A DNA stretch of 64,000 nt from the human T2T-CHM13v2.0 reference genome, Homo sapiens. How positions within the stretch are numbered: position 1 is the first letter of the stretch; every line of letters begins with the position of its first letter. The stretch lies in the NCBI RefSeq assembly GCF_009914755.1, contig NC_060938.1, one strand, 5' to 3'. The notes below the pieces were generated by a model. The model saw only the letters and a program-made list of their open reading frames with translations. It did not search any database and was not told the origin of the DNA. The position numbers and the translations under genes were made by a program. Of the stretch, positions 44,962 through 64,000 are shown piece by piece.

Positions 44962-45220
44962 TGTGTTTGAGTTTCTTAAGAAAGCCTGGAGGAGAAAAGA
45001 GAAAAAGAGGAGTGAAGGGAGAAAAATGATAAAGAGAAAGAGAAGAAAAGAGAGAAGTCAGAATATACTTCTGACTTCTGGGTGAAATTCAGAGAGCTAT
45101 CCTAGGTGTCAGATAGCCAAAGATAATTTTAAGTACAATAAAGCCATAAAAGCAATTTGGCAATGTATGAATAAATTAAATATAAACCTCTCTTTTATCA
45201 CCCACAAAAATCTTTGATAG

Positions 45221-45354
45221 ATTCTCAACATGAATGCTTTGTCTAAGAGGTATGTGTGTGTAGCAAAGAAGGTATTAGATTTCTGTTAGATCTGCACAGT
45301 GCTGAATGAAGACATGATGGGCAAAAACAGAAACCAACAGATAGCCAGACCATG
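45221..45354 (+). pseudogene. Candidate relic exon (armadillo-like)
   Basis: TCTTTGATAG| SQHECFV*EVCVCSKEGIRFLLDLHSAE*RHDGQKQKPTDSQTM |GTAAGT (consensus donor). Confidence 0.4.
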
Positions 45355-45404
45355 GTAAGTTTTCAAATTTGCGGAAATCTTATAATCGAATTTACCCATG
45401 GGAG

Positions 45405-48115
<2,711 letters not shown>

Positions 48116-48465
48116 TTTACTATAACCCTGAAGGGCAGGAAGGTCCTCAGCTCTCATCTACAGCACAAATGTACATTGGGTAACTGGCATAGAAGAAAGA
48201 AAAACCTGGTTTTCCAGTGTCGAGGAAATACAGATAATCACGTAAGAGTTAAGTTTAGAGTGAAGGTGGAGTAGTGTTTTGGGGCGAATGAGCAGCATAT
48301 TTGCAGGGATCTGTGTGGATCTAGTCCCCTCATTCCCACTTTCCCAGCCACTTGTTTCCTCATGGGTAGACTCTCAGAGATGCTAGTAACTTTTCAAACA
48401 CTTTAATGGGCCTTCATGGGGCTAATTAGTCCCACTTCCTCACCTGCCTTTTAAACTTTAATCAG

Positions 48466-48599
48466 TGAACACATCCTCCTCCCCAGTGGTGAGCTGCTGG
48501 GCTGCCGGGGGAAAAGATGGCTCTGGGGTGGCTCCTGCCAGCACAAGATCAGCTGTGAGGAGCTCACAGGGAGTGGGGCTGCCTCACACCTCTGACAAC
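48466..48599 (+). pseudogene. Candidate relic exon (armadillo-like) inside the right arm
   Basis: CTTTTAAACTTTAATCAG| EHILLPSGELLGCRGKRWLWGGSCQHKISCEELTGSGAASHL*Q |GTGAGA. Confidence 0.4.
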
Positions 48600-48715
48600 G
48601 TGAGAGACTAAAGTCAGTGACAGGCTCTGATCCCCAGACTCAGTCTGTGAATACAATGAGTCTGGCTTTGTCTTTGCTGTGTTTCTATGGAAGACTCGTG
48701 TTCTGACCCCCACAG

Positions 48716-48959
48716 CAACAGCTCTGACATCAAGCCAGGCGCTTTGCTGGAATTATATGGTTTGCTGAAGGACATCTGAAGCAACTTTGAAGGAAGAAAT
48801 GCTCTGGTGTTAGATTATCATCAGGTGGTAACCCAGATTTCCGGAAATGGTTAACCACAGATAGGTCTTCTGGAGGGAAGAGCATGTCCAGGATGACCAT
48901 CCTACCCACAGGCTGATTTCCCAGGACACGGACAAGTCCAGCAAGCTAGGAAGAGATAT
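48716..48959 (+). pseudogene. Candidate relic exon (armadillo-like) inside the right arm
   Basis: TTCTGACCCCCACAG| NSSDIKPGALLELYGLLKDI*SNFEGRNALVLDYHQVVTQI, then a frameshift; 3' boundary uncertain. Confidence 0.45.
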
Positions 48960-49360
48960 GTATAAATATGTGGCTCAGGAAGATCCGTCTGCTCCTACAA
49001 GTACCCCATGGTTTAGTGTTTCTCAGAGTGAGGTTCAGAGACCTCCTGTCTCAGTCAGAATCACCAGACTTTGGGGCCAAGCTATAGACCTATTGGATCA
49101 AATTTTCCGTGGGTTGGGACCTGGAATCTGCACATGTAACAAGCTTCTCCTGTGAACCTTGGGCAAGGCAGCTTACTGTTTAAGAACCATTGTTTGGGAT
49201 CACTGTTGCTCAGGGAATCTCACTGGCTGCTTTTCTTGGCTGCCTGCCCTTCATATCCACATGTGCTCTCACTGTGCTATCCCAGGGAGGAGGGTATACA
49301 TAGAGCTTCTTTCCTATGCCTCCCTCATCCACAGGCCCCAGGCATTTGTTCTCACAGATA

Positions 49361-49446
49361 GAAACCAAACTCCTTTTAAGAAGGGTCTCTATGATGAGGG
49401 TTATAGATATACAGTGAGAGACCCTTTTTAAAAGGAGTTTGGTCTC
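49361..49446. repeat. Hairpin with 30-bp arms (49361-49390 and 49417-49446) and a 26-nt loop
   Basis: GAAACCAAACTCCTTTTAAGAAGGGTCTCT versus AGAGACCCTTTTTAAAAGGAGTTTGGTCTC, 28/30 complementary. Confidence 0.9.
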
Positions 49447-50403
49447 CAGCTGTGAGAGGAATGAAAAATGTTATTCCTTAAATACATAAAATAAGGATAT
49501 CTTTTGACATCATGTCATCTAAAATACTAGACTTCAGTTGTCCAAGCAACTGGTTCCCTTTCTTCTTAGCTGTCACCTCAGAATTTTGCTTTTGTCTTCT
49601 AAGACAGTGATTCATAAAGTATGATCCAAGGGCAATAGCCATGAATTTGTTTTTTAAAAATAAAAGTTCTTTCTATGGTTTTTTTGGAACCAATTATACA
49701 CCATTCTTTAGATTTTAACTTCTATGTAAATCTAAGAGTTTTTTGCTGGTAATTTTCTACGTGATTAATTGAGAAATACTAAAATTTTGTGAGGGTTATG
49801 GTTTTTTAAAAAGGCAGTATTTTTCAGATTTTTGAGAAGCCATATCTTTCCTCAAATAAAAGGAGAGGGAGTCCCTCTATGCAAAATAACAGAAATAGGA
49901 GCCTCTTTCAATTTTTTTTCTTCCTCATAGGTGGGACATGAAAAAGTCCCCGTGTAACTCATAATGACCCCTCGGAATAGTTTGAACAACTGCTCTAAAA
50001 AGTTTACTGTTTTGTATTTGAGGGGAATGACCAGCAGGTAACAAAAATAATAGCTATAGAAAAGTGAGAAAGATCAAGAAGATGAGTTTGAATTAAAATA
50101 TTACTGACAGATCAAATTAACCCCTCTCCCAAAGTGAGGATGGGGAATTTCTGAGACTGGAAGAGATAGAAAAAAGAACAAAGTGAAACCTGAAGATAAA
50201 ATTGTACTAGTCAAAAATTCTCTGTAGGGAAATAATACCAGGATAATCCATTAGTAATCAATGATGACCTATTGAAAAAAAATTGTAGTTTATATCTGCT
50301 GCAGCAGACTCCTCTGGAAGGAATAAAAATTTACCCTTATCACTAGTAAGTAATTGAGTAGGAGAGGAGTTGTGGAGACTACAAAGTCCGGGGAACTGTA
50401 GGA

Positions 50404-50786
50404 CAGTAGTCCCCAATGTTTTTGGCACCAGGAACTGGTTTTGTGGAAGACAATTTTTCCATAGACTGGGGTAAAGGGAGGGAAGTGGCGGGATAGTTTC
50501 AGGATGAAACTGTTCCACCTCAGATCATCAGGCATTAATTAGATTCTCACAAGGTGCATGCAACCTAGATCCCTTGCATTGCACAGTTTGCAATAGTGTT
50601 CCAGCTCCTATGACAATCTAATGCCGCCACTGATCTGACAGAAGGCAGGGCTCGGGCAGTAATGGAGGTGATGTGGAATGGCTGTAAATACAGGTGAAGC
50701 TTTGCTCACTTACCCACCATTCACCTCCTGCTGTGTAGCCTGGTTCTACAATATCAGCCTGTGGCCCAGGGGTTGGGGACCGCCTT
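50404..50786 (-). mobile_element. MER1B-like element
   Basis: CAGTAGTCCCCAA...GGTTGGGGACCGC termini; 8-bp TSD CTGTAGGA at 50396-50403 and 50787-50794. Confidence 0.85.
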
Positions 50787-51339
50787 CTGTAGGACCTTAG
50801 GAGAAAATAGCTGCAGGTTCTCCTGGATAGAAACACCATGGCCTTGGGACCTAACGTATTGCAAAAGGGAGAGGAGATTCTAGCAGAGCAGCCAAACTTG
50901 AAAAAAACACTTGGATTTACTAAAAAGAGTAAGCAAACAACATGCTTGCCTCTGACAGAATAGCAACATGAGAAGAGGGTCTTGTGATATTAATTCTGAA
51001 ATTTGTGGTTTAATACATGGTCTCTCTACTAAGTTCTGATATAGGTATATGCAATTATACATATAAAATAGGTAAAGGTATATCTTCCTAATTGAAGGAT
51101 GAAATGTTCTACACTACCAAATTTTTAACAAGTCCATTTCAGATAGAAAAATATTAAAATCTTCTAATGACTTTGGATTATAAATTTCTCCCTCAAGTTC
51201 TGTTGTTTTTGCTTTTTGTATTTACAGGCTATGTTGTTAGGTGCAAAACGTTCATGATTGTATCATTTTGGTATATCATTAATTTAGATAAATAAATAAT
51301 GTTATTTCTGATTTATTTTTTAAAAAAATAGCTTTGAAG

Positions 51340-60374
<9,035 letters not shown>

Positions 60375-60389
60375 AAAAACAGCTTTGAG

Positions 60390-61930
<1,541 letters not shown>

Positions 61931-62097
61931 TGGTGTGAAGTCAGCATTCAGCACTGGCTGGAAATGAAGAGGAGAGAGAGGCGTGTGTTCTCAGCTGCAG
62001 TAGTCTGGAATTAAATATTCCTCTCTAGAGCAGTCTTGTTTCAAATACCACAAACTCTCACCTTTCTTACCAAACTTGTGTACATTTTCTGAAATAG

Positions 62098-62989
<892 letters not shown>

Positions 62990-63103
62990 TATTTTGGTGA
63001 GTATTTGAATGACACATCTTTTCCTATTCCTTCATGTTCAGCTTTCTTGTGCCATTATGTTTGCAGAATTTCCCCAAGCAGACCTGAAATCTGCTTCTTC
63101 TAG

Positions 63104-63356
63104 GATGATGAAACATTTATTTCAGATGTAACTTGCCTCACAGTAAACATTCAGAAATATTCTGAGCCTTTATTAAAAGAACTGGTATGACTAGGCAGAG
63201 ATAAAACAAACCCTATGAAAGAAAACTTTATTAAGGATGGAATGGAATTTTCACTTCAATCAGATGTATCACAGGCAGCTGAACACCTTTGTGAAGATTT
63301 GCAAGCCAAGAATAATTGCCACATTGATAGAGTACTGCTGCCTCTTCTCTATGCAG
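63104..63356 (+). pseudogene. Candidate relic exon, the best preserved of the set
   Basis: CTGCTTCTTCTAG| 84 codons with a single TGA (63188-63190): DDETFISDVTCLTVNIQKYSEPLLKELV*LGRDKTNPMKENFIKDGMEFSLQSDVSQAAEHLCEDLQAKNNCHIDRVLLPLLYA, then CAG|GTATCT. Confidence 0.6.
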
Positions 63357-63494
63357 GTATCTTATGTAGTTAATTTCTCAGATCCCTTACTTAGCATAAA
63401 TAAATTTGTGTCTTAAAAGATTTTACCATCACTCTCAGCTTCATCTTTAGATAGTTTTCCTAAAAGTACCCTAAATTTAATATTTCCTACTTGC

Positions 63495-64000
63495 TGTTTT
63501 TTAAAAATTGACTAGTAGGAAGTGTATGTATTTATGATGTACAACATAATGTTTTGATATATGTATATATTGTGGAATGGCTAAATCAAGCTATTTAACA
63601 TATTCACTACCTCATATACTTATCATTTTTTGTGGCTAGAATACTTAAAATCTATTGTCTTCACAATTTTCAAGTATACAATATATTGTTATTAACTATA
63701 GTCACCATGATATACAATAGATGTCTTGAATTTTTTCCTCCTGTCCAGATAAAATTTTGTGTCCTTTGACCAACATCTCCCCAATCCCTCCACCTCACAG
63801 GTTCTGGTAACCACCACGCTACTCTCTGCTTCTATTGTTCATACTTGTAGGTTCTTGAAAAAGGTTTGTTGATTGTATCTTCCTTTTTTTAATCAACTTT
63901 TTTTTTTTAAGACAGGTTCTCTCTGTGTCACCCAGACTGGAGTGCAGTGGCACAATCTCAGCTCACTACAACCTCCACCTCCTGGGTTCAAGCTATCCTC
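63495..64000 (-). mobile_element. Antisense L1MA 3' end (about 63495-63840) and a partial Alu (about 63895-64000)
   Basis: GTGGAATGGCTAAATCAAGCTA...TTAACTATAGTCACCATG is L1MA 3' UTR; Alu motif at the right edge. Confidence 0.8.

Overview
Primate (human-like) repeat-rich genomic DNA that matches the OR5AU1 locus; I recall this as chr14q11.2 but could not check it. There is one intact gene, the olfactory receptor OR5AU1 (minus strand, 38327-39415). Its canonical start is probably Met52 at 39262, just behind a splice acceptor. Two retrocopies are present: a near full-length SMARCE1 processed pseudogene with target-site duplications (45803-47197) and an NDUFA4-like fragment at the left edge (1-78). 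Most of the rest is Alu, L1, L2, MIR, MaLR/ERVL LTRs and DNA transposons. The main unexpected result comes from hand-translating the small non-repeat islands. Many look like decayed plus-strand coding exons with splice signals. Three of them (about 4.3, 5.9 and 7.2 kb) give, in order, the N-terminal, middle and C-terminal parts of a StAR-like START lipid-transfer domain. Several downstream ones (19.2, 25.0, 40-41.6, 45.2, 48.5-48.9 and 63.1 kb) give helical or armadillo-like peptides. This suggests a large, dead, intron-containing gene with OR5AU1 nested antisense inside it. That call is an inference from manual translation and needs HMM and synteny tests. Local rearrangements include a 1.67-kb inverted duplication around a 4.3-kb spacer, a hairpin at its breakpoint, and a 256-bp templated copy of the OR5AU1 5' region inserted into an Alu. 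Repeat boundaries and subfamily names were judged by eye and are approximate.
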